Positions 10,502 to 19,042 of a stretch of DNA of 63,726 nt are shown here, piece after piece (the stretch's first letter is position 1; the number at the start of each line of letters is the position of its first letter). Under the pieces are notes generated by a model that made no database searches, was not told where the DNA came from, and was given only the letters and a program-made list of their open reading frames with translations. Position numbers and translations under genes: made by a program. Source of the stretch: a virus. Its lineage: Duplodnaviria > Caudoviricetes. Location: positions 1 through 63,726 of IMG/VR virus record IMGVR_UViG_3300025598_000038. One strand, written 5' to 3'.

Positions 10502-10894
10502 TTACCAGACCAAATCTGGGTGTGAAACACGTCCGCGCACGTTCTCATCCTTCAGGATGCGGCACAAAATGCCGTTAACAGTGATGCTCCAGCCGTCTGA
10601 AGGACGAAAAACGATCCAATCGCCCGTCGTAACGCTGACGTCTTTGAACCAAACACCGCTGTCATCGACAAAAGCATCAGGTCCAACCTTCAAAATGAGG
10701 CCAACCTTGCTCTGATGGCGGTCTTCGTTGCGGTGCTGGTCCGGCAAAACGATGCCGCCCTTGGTTTTTTCCGGCCGGATGTAGACGGCACACAGGATCT
10801 GATTGTGGTACAGGTCCAAACCGTCGATCGAGCCTACGGCTTTGATCAGATCTTCTTTCGGGTCGGTATCGTGTTGCATAGGTGTATGCGGCAT
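10502..10894 (-). CDS. groES: Phage co-chaperonin (GroES/Cpn10-like)
   Basis: EKTKGGIVLPD mobile loop, VGLILKVGP, GDWIVF, RILKDENV motifs. Confidence 0.85.
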   Translation of the reverse strand: MPHTPMQHDTDPKEDLIKAVGSIDGLDLYHNQILCAVYIRPEKTKGGIVLPDQHRNEDRHQSKVGLILKVGPDAFVDDSGVWFKDVSVTTGDWIVFRPSDGWSITVNGILCRILKDENVRGRVSHPDLVW

Positions 10895-10905
10895 AGGTAC
10901 TCCAA

Positions 10906-11106
10906 TTACAATTTATCGACTATAGAGCGGGCTTCATCGCACAAATCGTCAAGTTTACGCCACGCCGCGAGTTGCCCCGTGAGGTGTTTGTAGTCTGCGA
11001 TTTCGTGAATACTTGCGCCTGACTTGAGGATTTCGGTCAAGCGTTCAATCTCTTCTTGAACCAATTTCTTCAATTCGTATTCAAATCGAATGCTGATCGT
11101 TTGCAT
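10906..11106 (-). CDS. Small helical hypothetical protein
   Basis: ORF with DYKHLTGQL motif, the small gene usually found between portal-region genes and GroES. Confidence 0.6.
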   Translation of the reverse strand: MQTISIRFEYELKKLVQEEIERLTEILKSGASIHEIADYKHLTGQLAAWRKLDDLCDEARSIVDKL

Positions 11107-11120
11107 AGGTAGGTCCAATC

Positions 11121-11148
11121 AAAAGGGCGGCCATTTCTGACCGCCCTT
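11121..11148 (-). terminator. Rho-independent terminator
   Basis: AAGGGCGGTCA-GAAA-TGGCCGCCCTTTT on the minus strand right after the stop of 11155..12381. Confidence 0.7.
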
Positions 11149-11154
11149 ATATCA

Positions 11155-12381
11155 TCAAGCAGGCTTCAGGCCGTACGCCTTAACCTTTTCAAGCCGTCCC
11201 TTACCGCCACCCGAAGCGTGGTGAATCGGGTAGTGAACCCGGCCACCGCGCTTGCGGCCCATGGCGCCCGGAGGCGGAGCCATGGGCGGAGCGCCAGCGC
11301 CCGGAGGCGGCATCGGAGGGCGCATGCCGCCCGGCGGCATGCCGGGAGGAACGCCCGGGGGAACGCCCTGATGAAGACCCCCCGCAGGCGGCGGGGGCGG
11401 CATCATCCCGCCTGCCGGAGCCTGATGACCGCCGTGCGGCGCGATGACGATGTTGATGTTCGTCTTCTTGGCGCGACCGCCGTGCTTGCGGGCGTGACGA
11501 CCGCCAGTCGGGCGCGTGCCCTCTAAAGTGCCGTCAGAGACGCTGCCGCCCTTCTTCTTCGCCATGCCGCCGCCGCACTTGGCGCAACGGCAACCCTTCG
11601 GATGCACTTTGCCGCCGCGCTTCATGCCCGACGAGTCATCCGACATGGTGTCGTCGGAACCGCTGTCGTCCGAGCCAAGCATCTGCTGCTTCGCGCCCGA
11701 CTTCGGCGGAGGCGGCGGGGGAGCGGCCTTCGGCTTCTTCGGGGCGCCCGGCGCATTCGGGTAGTCCTTGTAGTAACTGTGCCCGTGCGCGAACTGGTAG
11801 TCGTTCAGGAAATCATCGCCCGGAGCGTCCGTGCCGCCGCGAGCCTTGTGGGCGCGGCCGCCGTGCTTCTTGCCCGGCTTGATGGCGTCCTTTTTGACGA
11901 CCTCATGGATCAGTTTCTTGTCTTCTTTGGCGTCGTCGTGCTTAACCTTGCCGCCGCGCTTGCGAAATTCACCGGCCAACACGCCGCCCGGCGCGTCCTT
12001 GTCCGGCAGCACGCCCAGAGCGCCGCCGCCCAGTTTGTGCGCCTTGCCGCCGCGCTTCATGCCGCCGACGTGCTTGGTGCCTGCGCGACCCTCGTTGGCT
12101 TCCTTCATGTCGCGGTTCAGGAGGCTGTCCGCCGTCAGCGCCTTGCCGCCGCTCTTGCGGGGCTTGCGACCGGCGTGATGGTGGGCGTGCTCGCCCTCAA
12201 CCTTGCCGCCGCGCTTGAACTGGCGACGGGAGATCGGGCGCAGGCCCGTCTTGGCTTCTGCCTCTAGAGGTTCTGCCTGTTTAAAGTCACTGGCGTCAAC
12301 CTTGCCTTCGTCGTGAGTGCGGCTGTAGCGCTTGGCTTTCGCCGCACGCTCTTCCCGCGCCTTTTTGGCTAATTCGGACAT
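11155..12381 (-). CDS. Basic low-complexity protein with about 12 [KRH]xGG motifs (putative internal core protein)
   Basis: 408 aa, Lys/Arg/His/Gly/Pro-rich; FKRGG, RKSGG, MKRGG, RKRGG, KKHGG, KARGG etc.; GGAG RBS. Confidence 0.75.
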   Translation of the reverse strand: MSELAKKAREERAAKAKRYSRTHDEGKVDASDFKQAEPLEAEAKTGLRPISRRQFKRGGKVEGEHAHHHAGRKPRKSGGKALTADSLLNRDMKEANEGRAGTKHVGGMKRGGKAHKLGGGALGVLPDKDAPGGVLAGEFRKRGGKVKHDDAKEDKKLIHEVVKKDAIKPGKKHGGRAHKARGGTDAPGDDFLNDYQFAHGHSYYKDYPNAPGAPKKPKAAPPPPPPKSGAKQQMLGSDDSGSDDTMSDDSSGMKRGGKVHPKGCRCAKCGGGMAKKKGGSVSDGTLEGTRPTGGRHARKHGGRAKKTNINIVIAPHGGHQAPAGGMMPPPPPAGGLHQGVPPGVPPGMPPGGMRPPMPPPGAGAPPMAPPPGAMGRKRGGRVHYPIHHASGGGKGRLEKVKAYGLKPA

Positions 12382-12401
12382 GTCAGTCTCCTGCGGGGGG
12401 T

Positions 12402-15400
12402 TTACCGCGCTTTTGGTTTTGTCAAGTGTGCGACCATACGGAGGGCATGGTCAACAAGACCTCCGCCCGCCTTCGGCATTAACTTATTTCGGGCGGCTGA
12501 CACGTCTTCTGGAGAAACGCCGTAGGCCTGTGCCTGCTGCGGCGTCATGTTCATTACCCCAGTAAGTGTTCGTGTGAACCTGTCGGCAGGGCGTGCTTGA
12601 CTATCATCTCGTACGCCCCCTCGATTTCCGCGTCCGTCACCTTGTCCGCTGACTGGCGCTTCTCCACCAGATAGTTGAGTTCCTTGTTCAGGAGCCCCAC
12701 TTGCGGATCGGACATCCGATTTACCGTCTCCCGGCCTAGAACCCGCACGGCTCTGTGCGAGATACTTTCGTAATGCGTCTTGTCGATCTTCATCTTTTCC
12801 ATCCCATTTCATAATGGACACAGAAGGCATTCCCATCGACTCGTCCCACCCGGTGGAACGCCAGTAATGCTTCAGGTCCTCAAGTTGTTGATCGGTAGAA
12901 TATTGTGGGTCAAACGGAATACGTCCTAACTCTTTAAAACCAAACTGCCTGTAAAACGATGGCAAAAAGCCATCCGGGTGTTTTTTAGATGGTACAGCAT
13001 ATGCGTCTAAGGCAGTAGCACCCTCTTTAATTGCTTTTAGCATGACCGAAGCGCCGCCAACCCCCTTGGCGCCCGGCTCATTGTTTACAACGCTGACCAA
13101 AGCGGTCTCATTAGGAGTCAATTCTGGGTGTTTAAACCCATATTCCTCCTCGTAATTTGTTCCGTGCTTCAGGCCAAAGTACACGTCGCCACTGGGTAAC
13201 TTAAACGCCCTGAACTTCTTCTTCTTGACCATGTCCTTGATTTCCTTCTCAGAATACTGAGTAAGGGTCGAGGAGGCTTCAGAGTTTTTTAGGGCTTTAG
13301 ACATCTCAGCAGGCGATACGCCGCCATGCCCAACGGGCGTTTCTGTATTAGTCCAACGGTCATGGGCGACATCAAGAGCCATACGGGCTGCTTGGGGGGA
13401 CTGCACGTCCATTGGATGACTAGGCAGGTTGTCGGCAATTGCCTGAGTAACCGTGGTTGTCGGCAAAGCAAGATCAAACCCGCGCAAAATTTGCGCCGTG
13501 TCTGCTGCAGGATTTGAAGACTTACCAGACGCTTTCTTTGCTGCTCGTTTTTGATCAAACCAGTCTTTCCACAAGGTCTCTGCAGCAAAAGGATGGTGGA
13601 ACTTGCCAACAATCCGACCGCGAATACCTAACGGATAGGACTCATGCGGAGTGAACCCTGACTTAACCAAATCGGCAACGCCCTTGTCTCCCTTTTCCAG
13701 TTCCAACAAGTACATCACGTCGCCACGGTTCAGACCCGAGAACCGAGGGTCTATCGTCTCTCTGGCAATTTTTTTGACGCTAGGAGCGCCTAATTTTTGC
13801 GCTCTTGCACTATGTAAAATTTTGGAAATCCGATCACGGCTTTCAAAGTTTAAAGAGTCAACGTAATTGTGAATATTTTGGTGTGCAAACCCCGGGAAGT
13901 CTTGCAAGACGCTAAGTTTCTTGTTCTTGGATTGCGCCCTGATCAGGGCATCAATTTGATCAAGGTTTTCTTTTGGAATGCGCTTGTCTCTAGCGTGAGC
14001 AGCCATTGTTCCAATCAAAGCACGGGCAAACGACGAATTAGATTCATGCGTGTTAGGCATCATCGCGGTGACAGCGGCATAGTCGGCATTCTTATTCAAT
14101 TTGAACGTGCCGCGTCCTTTACCTTTAATAGCCCACCCCATGCCGCCACGCTGATTCTCTTCAATCAATGGGAATCCCGGGCCGCCGCGCATAGCAACAG
14201 GCTTAGTTAACTGACTGGAATCAATTCCCGTGTAATCAGGCCCGGTCTTTAAAAGATCGGCCCGAATTGGAAAAATTCTTTTCCCAACGAGATCTTGCGG
14301 ATTGATCGTTGGCACTTCATCCCATGAAGAATAGATAGGTCGATCAACCTGCACTGACGACGCTTCATCTGCGGGGACAACTTTCTTTTTCTTAGGCGCT
14401 CCGCCACGCGCATATTTTTCTTCGCTCGAAAATGGAATGCCTGCGGCCCGCATAACATGTACAAGCGGATGATCAATCAAAGGATTGTCTTTGATCTTGC
14501 CGCCGGTAGCAGCGTGCTGCATGGCGTGAATGACGTCAGAATGCGTCGTCTGATCGTTGCCAACGGCGTCCCAGATGGTGTGATGTGCGAGGTGCTGATA
14601 GTAAGGGGCAAGACCTTCCGGCGTCGTGAGGTTCATCGCCCGCTGCCTTGCGGCAAGGCGTTCGACGGCCTCCGCGCCGCCAAGCCCGCTGCGCCGGGCG
14701 ATGTACGGTGCCGCCTGCTTTGACGGATTTCCGGTGTGAAGGACGATCTGCCTTGCGTCGAGCGTCGGCTGATCGCCTCGACCGAGCAGGGACGCAATGA
14801 ACCCCGCCTTGCTAGGGCCGACGCCGCGCACGCCTTGAATAAAGTCGCGCCATTCGGATGGGCTGCTTGTCCCCTGCTGTGCCTGAGCGACCAGTCGAGA
14901 CACGTCGCCCTCACGGCCCGGCAAGTTTTTCGCCGCCCACTGCAGCGCGTCTGGGATGTCCGTCGTGTGGCGGCCAAACGGCGCCATGATCTGCACCGCG
15001 TTGCTGATCGAATGGGGGTCGATAATGCCGCGCTCCGCGTGCTGCAGGTAGCGCTGACCCATCGGCGTGTGCAGCCACTCGCCAAACGCGCCTTCTGGGC
15101 GAACCTTGGGCTCGTTGTGGTTGGGCAACGCCAGTCCGGCGGCGCGAACCTTGTCAGAATCGACGGCGCCGCGCTGAATGCTAGCGCGGGTGATCGTGTA
15201 CGCCTTGATCAGGTCACGCGGCGTGAGGCCTACAGTGCCCGCCTTGTTTGCCGTGTCGTCCATAAAGCGACCAAAGGTTGCGACATGCGACGGGATTTCT
15301 TTTGTGTCGCCCAACTGCGCCTGCACGTCCTTAAGCGGACGCCACTTCCAGTCCTCAATGGCGCTCGTCTTTGGGTCCTTATAGCCGCCGCGCTTCATGC

Positions 15401-18400
15401 CTTCGGCCACCATCACCGCCCGCCGAATCGCCTTCTGCGGGTCTACGACGCCGCCCGTGGCTTTGGCGATGATGGCTCCGCCGTTTGCTTTTTCTGGCGC
15501 ATACTTTTTATGAAACGCTTCGTTTTCTTCTTTTGTTAAAAAATCAGGAAGCGTCTCGCCGTTCTCGCGCATCTTTTCGAGTATTGGCTTGTACAGTTTT
15601 AAACTAGGCCAATGACGCGCATCGATCAAATCGGCGTTATGAAGATCTGAAACGTCTCCCCATTTACCTGACTTCACGAAATCCTGAACGTAAGGCATGT
15701 AGCGGGCTACAGGCTTGCCATTGGCCTTCCCCTTAATTTGAGCAATGTCGTCAGGACTAGGGTTGCCTTCATCGTCCACAACGCCCAATGAATGAAGTTC
15801 ACTCATCCTTTCGTTTTCATCAGTCCCCAGTTCGTCGTGACGTTTGTTGAATTCGTCAAAGTCAAAATTGCTTTTAGGATGAGTTTCAACCGTCACATGA
15901 GGCTCACCTGTCTTCTTGTTGCGAAGACTAAAGATGCGAGAATGCCCGCCTGTAACATTGCTTGAATATCCACCGACGCAATGCCCCATGACATTGCCTT
16001 CGTAACTAAGCGCTTCTCTAAGGTCAGGGTCTTTCGCTTCTTGTCCGGGCGAAACCATGACATCTTCTTGTCCGCCATAGCGCAATGGGAATTGTTTGAT
16101 CTCTTTAATAAGCGGATCAAAGTCGCCGTTTTTGTTTTTTTCTCTTAACTGATCGTTAAACGTGTCGATGTAGTTTTGCGCTTCTTCTTGCGTATCAAAT
16201 TTTGCGGGGAAAGCACCATGCACTAAATGCTTACCCTTTTCATACTTCGGAGGAATGGCGGGCGTTGCGTTAGGCGAAGTCTTTAATTCATACCAAGCGT
16301 AGTGCGTGCCCGGATAGTCCTTGTGCAAGTACGTCGCAGGGTTGAATGCTTTTTTCCTGCTTGCATCCTCTCGATTCTTTTTGCGCCACTCGTTGATGTT
16401 GTGGACGTGCTCAACCGCTTGCGGCACGGACATGCGAGCCAACGACTCGTGGCGCAATTTGAAGTTATCAGGAAGATCGGACTCAGGATTGACGGCGTTA
16501 TGCAGTTCGTCAATAAGGTGATCAAATCCCAACAAACCATGATCTATAGATCCAGATTCTAAATCGGACGTTGCTCCGTAAATTTTTTCAGAAGGATCTA
16601 CTTTTTTCAGCCAAGGATGTTTTTCGCCAAAATTTTCGTAATCCGTCCAAAGCGGCATGTTTGAATAGCCAGAAGGCTTTAAAAGTTCTTCGGCCCTGAA
16701 AGATCTCCCTATGCTTTTGTCGGAAGCATTCTCCCACGCCTTGGCAAGATCTGACTTTCCTCGTGTCTCTGGATAACCCTCTCGCTTTCTGACCGTTTCG
16801 TAATGACGATCATAGTGTTGATTGTCAGGCGCGTAATGCAAAATTCCACGCTCTGCCAATGCACGCACGGGGTCACGCTCAGTGCCCATTTCGTTTTTGA
16901 CGTAGCGGGTCAATTGTTTGTTAATAAAATCGTTAACGGCTTTAGTTTGATTGGCTTTGTTAAGCGTGTCAGTCAGACCCTCCATACGCGCAGCGCGAGC
17001 GGCTTCTGGGTGATTACCAATATTGGCAATTCCACGCTCTGCGATTTCCTTGGCAACTTCTGGAGTTTCGTGCGTTCCGAGATAGGTGGGAATAGTTTCT
17101 TTTTTCAAAGGTTCCAATGAATTTTCAACACTACCACTCAGCCAGTTGCCCCCCGGCTCCTTCATGATCTGCGTGCCCTGCAACTTGGGTGGCGTAAAGT
17201 CGGGCTCTTTGGCGTCGCGGTCTACCGTTCCGCCTGTAGATTTTTCTGGCTTAAGCGCAAACGATGGAACTGGTTTGCCCATTTCCTCATACAACTTTCG
17301 CAATTTTTTGTTTTCAGCGCGATTCCTGACATGCTGCTCAGAAACAAAAGGCGCGTTTCTCATCTCATCAGTAATGTCCCTAGCCCTCATTCCATAAGGA
17401 AAAACATGCACAGGAATTTGCGTATGAGGACCATACAATTCGCTAATTGCTTTTGATCGATGCCGCCCTTCGTGTCCCTTAACGTCCCACTGTTTTTGAT
17501 CTTCATTCCAATCAGCATTTAAAAAAGGTTGCCCAAACGAACGACCTTTACGAAGATGATCTTTTAGAAAATCCAATGATTCCTGATCTGGGCTGTGAAG
17601 GGGGTATGCCATATCCAAAAATTCAGACACAGGCATGTGTCGAACCATGCCCATGTAATCAATATTTTTGTTATAAGGAACGGCTCCCGCACCTTCTTCA
17701 GGGTCAAATGACAGCGGGGGCAAATCGCGGTCTACTTCACCGCCTTCGGCTTTATGAATTTCAGGCTTTGACGGGTCAAAGTCTCCGTTGTTACCAATCG
17801 CGGACTTTAACTGATGCGGATGAAACGCAATGACCTCTTCTTCCTTCGCGGGGTCTTCGCCTAACGTGTACGGCAAATGGCCCGGACCCTTGTAATTAGG
17901 TCTCGTGCGGCTGCCGCCGTGGAAGATCCCGTCGTACCCGTCTGCAATCAGCGCATCACGAACGTGCTGATCAATCATCAGCGGGAATTGACTGTTATGC
18001 GGGTTATCGACGCCTGCGTAAGCCCTCGCCGCCCACTCAAGCATCTCAGGGCTGTCGAGCACCAAGGGATTTTTGATGTTAGCCCAGAGCGGCATGACAT
18101 GAGTTCCGGTCTTGTACTGCGGAATGCCATGTTCGTTTTTGCGCCCGCCTACGTTGTGCGCTGCGGGATAGTGATCTTTGTAAGGCGACATCCAGACGGC
18201 GGGGCCGCTTTGCCATTTCTTGGGGTCATCTCCGCCACCCGGGGCGAACGTATGAAAGTCTTTGGGCGTGGCGTGATACAGCATCTTGTGATCGCCGCTC
18301 TCGTCACGCACCTTGCTGTAGCGCAAAAAGTGCCCGAGATTGGAATCACGACGCATGTGCTCATCCCAGTCATCGACTTCACCGCCTTCGGCCTTTGTGA

Positions 18401-19040
18401 TGTCGGTTTCTTCAGAATTCTCATCGGAATCAGAATCAGAAAGAATTTGATGCGCCTGATCAAATGCCTTTTTCCAATTTTGAGGTCTTACATTGATCAT
18501 ATTTGCAGAATAGCCGCCATACCTGTCTTCAGGAGGATGATCGCTCATCCTGATGGTCGCTTGCTTCATCGTCTTAGGATGACTGGCTTTTAAATAAGTA
18601 CTGATGCTTCCAAGAGCCTTGGAATGATGAACGGTTACGCCATATCCATGATCAGAAAGTGCCTGATATAACTTTGCAGGGCCTTTCTTGCCCATAGAGT
18701 TTAATTTATCGACTTCTTGAGCGGTCCAAGCAGATTTAAAATCAGGATGTGCCTGTAATCTGCTTTTTAATTCATGTTCGTTAGTAGATACGCCGTGCTC
18801 GCGCTCTACATCTGCGGCAATCTTTTTAAATGAAGGATGAAGAAGGTTGTAACCAAGAAGCATTCTGTTCATTGGAACAGAAATAGGCGAAGACTCTTCT
18901 GCTTTAGGCACTCCGCCCTTGCTCATGCGGTCGGGATTGATCACATGAGGGTCGCGGATCTGCAGACCCGACGATGACGTGTCCTGCATGATGCCTTTGG
19001 CAGTCATCAGGGCCTTTTTAATGGCCTTCGGGTCAATCAT
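12402..19040 (-). CDS. Large polyvalent protein (2212 aa): ADP-ribosyltransferase-like, ParB/Srx-like, PcfJ-like, HhH glycosylase-like and GNAT-like domains
   Basis: YHAT...GPAVWMSP...ANIKNP...GYDG...EVIAF.P.QLKSAIGNNGDFDP (ART-like); GHEGRHR (ParB-like); EG.VMGHCVGGY..IFSLR..PHVTVE..QIKGKAN (PcfJ-like); GVGPSKAGF..PTLD (HhH); KGVGG..LDAY..LPSFYRQFGF.E (GNAT). Confidence 0.8.
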   Translation of the reverse strand: MIDPKAIKKALMTAKGIMQDTSSSGLQIRDPHVINPDRMSKGGVPKAEESSPISVPMNRMLLGYNLLHPSFKKIAADVEREHGVSTNEHELKSRLQAHPDFKSAWTAQEVDKLNSMGKKGPAKLYQALSDHGYGVTVHHSKALGSISTYLKASHPKTMKQATIRMSDHPPEDRYGGYSANMINVRPQNWKKAFDQAHQILSDSDSDENSEETDITKAEGGEVDDWDEHMRRDSNLGHFLRYSKVRDESGDHKMLYHATPKDFHTFAPGGGDDPKKWQSGPAVWMSPYKDHYPAAHNVGGRKNEHGIPQYKTGTHVMPLWANIKNPLVLDSPEMLEWAARAYAGVDNPHNSQFPLMIDQHVRDALIADGYDGIFHGGSRTRPNYKGPGHLPYTLGEDPAKEEEVIAFHPHQLKSAIGNNGDFDPSKPEIHKAEGGEVDRDLPPLSFDPEEGAGAVPYNKNIDYMGMVRHMPVSEFLDMAYPLHSPDQESLDFLKDHLRKGRSFGQPFLNADWNEDQKQWDVKGHEGRHRSKAISELYGPHTQIPVHVFPYGMRARDITDEMRNAPFVSEQHVRNRAENKKLRKLYEEMGKPVPSFALKPEKSTGGTVDRDAKEPDFTPPKLQGTQIMKEPGGNWLSGSVENSLEPLKKETIPTYLGTHETPEVAKEIAERGIANIGNHPEAARAARMEGLTDTLNKANQTKAVNDFINKQLTRYVKNEMGTERDPVRALAERGILHYAPDNQHYDRHYETVRKREGYPETRGKSDLAKAWENASDKSIGRSFRAEELLKPSGYSNMPLWTDYENFGEKHPWLKKVDPSEKIYGATSDLESGSIDHGLLGFDHLIDELHNAVNPESDLPDNFKLRHESLARMSVPQAVEHVHNINEWRKKNREDASRKKAFNPATYLHKDYPGTHYAWYELKTSPNATPAIPPKYEKGKHLVHGAFPAKFDTQEEAQNYIDTFNDQLREKNKNGDFDPLIKEIKQFPLRYGGQEDVMVSPGQEAKDPDLREALSYEGNVMGHCVGGYSSNVTGGHSRIFSLRNKKTGEPHVTVETHPKSNFDFDEFNKRHDELGTDENERMSELHSLGVVDDEGNPSPDDIAQIKGKANGKPVARYMPYVQDFVKSGKWGDVSDLHNADLIDARHWPSLKLYKPILEKMRENGETLPDFLTKEENEAFHKKYAPEKANGGAIIAKATGGVVDPQKAIRRAVMVAEGMKRGGYKDPKTSAIEDWKWRPLKDVQAQLGDTKEIPSHVATFGRFMDDTANKAGTVGLTPRDLIKAYTITRASIQRGAVDSDKVRAAGLALPNHNEPKVRPEGAFGEWLHTPMGQRYLQHAERGIIDPHSISNAVQIMAPFGRHTTDIPDALQWAAKNLPGREGDVSRLVAQAQQGTSSPSEWRDFIQGVRGVGPSKAGFIASLLGRGDQPTLDARQIVLHTGNPSKQAAPYIARRSGLGGAEAVERLAARQRAMNLTTPEGLAPYYQHLAHHTIWDAVGNDQTTHSDVIHAMQHAATGGKIKDNPLIDHPLVHVMRAAGIPFSSEEKYARGGAPKKKKVVPADEASSVQVDRPIYSSWDEVPTINPQDLVGKRIFPIRADLLKTGPDYTGIDSSQLTKPVAMRGGPGFPLIEENQRGGMGWAIKGKGRGTFKLNKNADYAAVTAMMPNTHESNSSFARALIGTMAAHARDKRIPKENLDQIDALIRAQSKNKKLSVLQDFPGFAHQNIHNYVDSLNFESRDRISKILHSARAQKLGAPSVKKIARETIDPRFSGLNRGDVMYLLELEKGDKGVADLVKSGFTPHESYPLGIRGRIVGKFHHPFAAETLWKDWFDQKRAAKKASGKSSNPAADTAQILRGFDLALPTTTVTQAIADNLPSHPMDVQSPQAARMALDVAHDRWTNTETPVGHGGVSPAEMSKALKNSEASSTLTQYSEKEIKDMVKKKKFRAFKLPSGDVYFGLKHGTNYEEEYGFKHPELTPNETALVSVVNNEPGAKGVGGASVMLKAIKEGATALDAYAVPSKKHPDGFLPSFYRQFGFKELGRIPFDPQYSTDQQLEDLKHYWRSTGWDESMGMPSVSIMKWDGKDEDRQDALRKYLAQSRAGSRPGDGKSDVRSASGAPEQGTQLSGGEAPVSGQGDGRGNRGGVRDDSQARPADRFTRTLTGVMNMTPQQAQAYGVSPEDVSAARNKLMPKAGGGLVDHALRMVAHLTKPKAR

Positions 19041-19042
19041 CG

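Noticed and set aside
10502-10894. Phage GroES as a novelty
   Set aside because: Co-chaperonins in head modules are well known in phages of this type.
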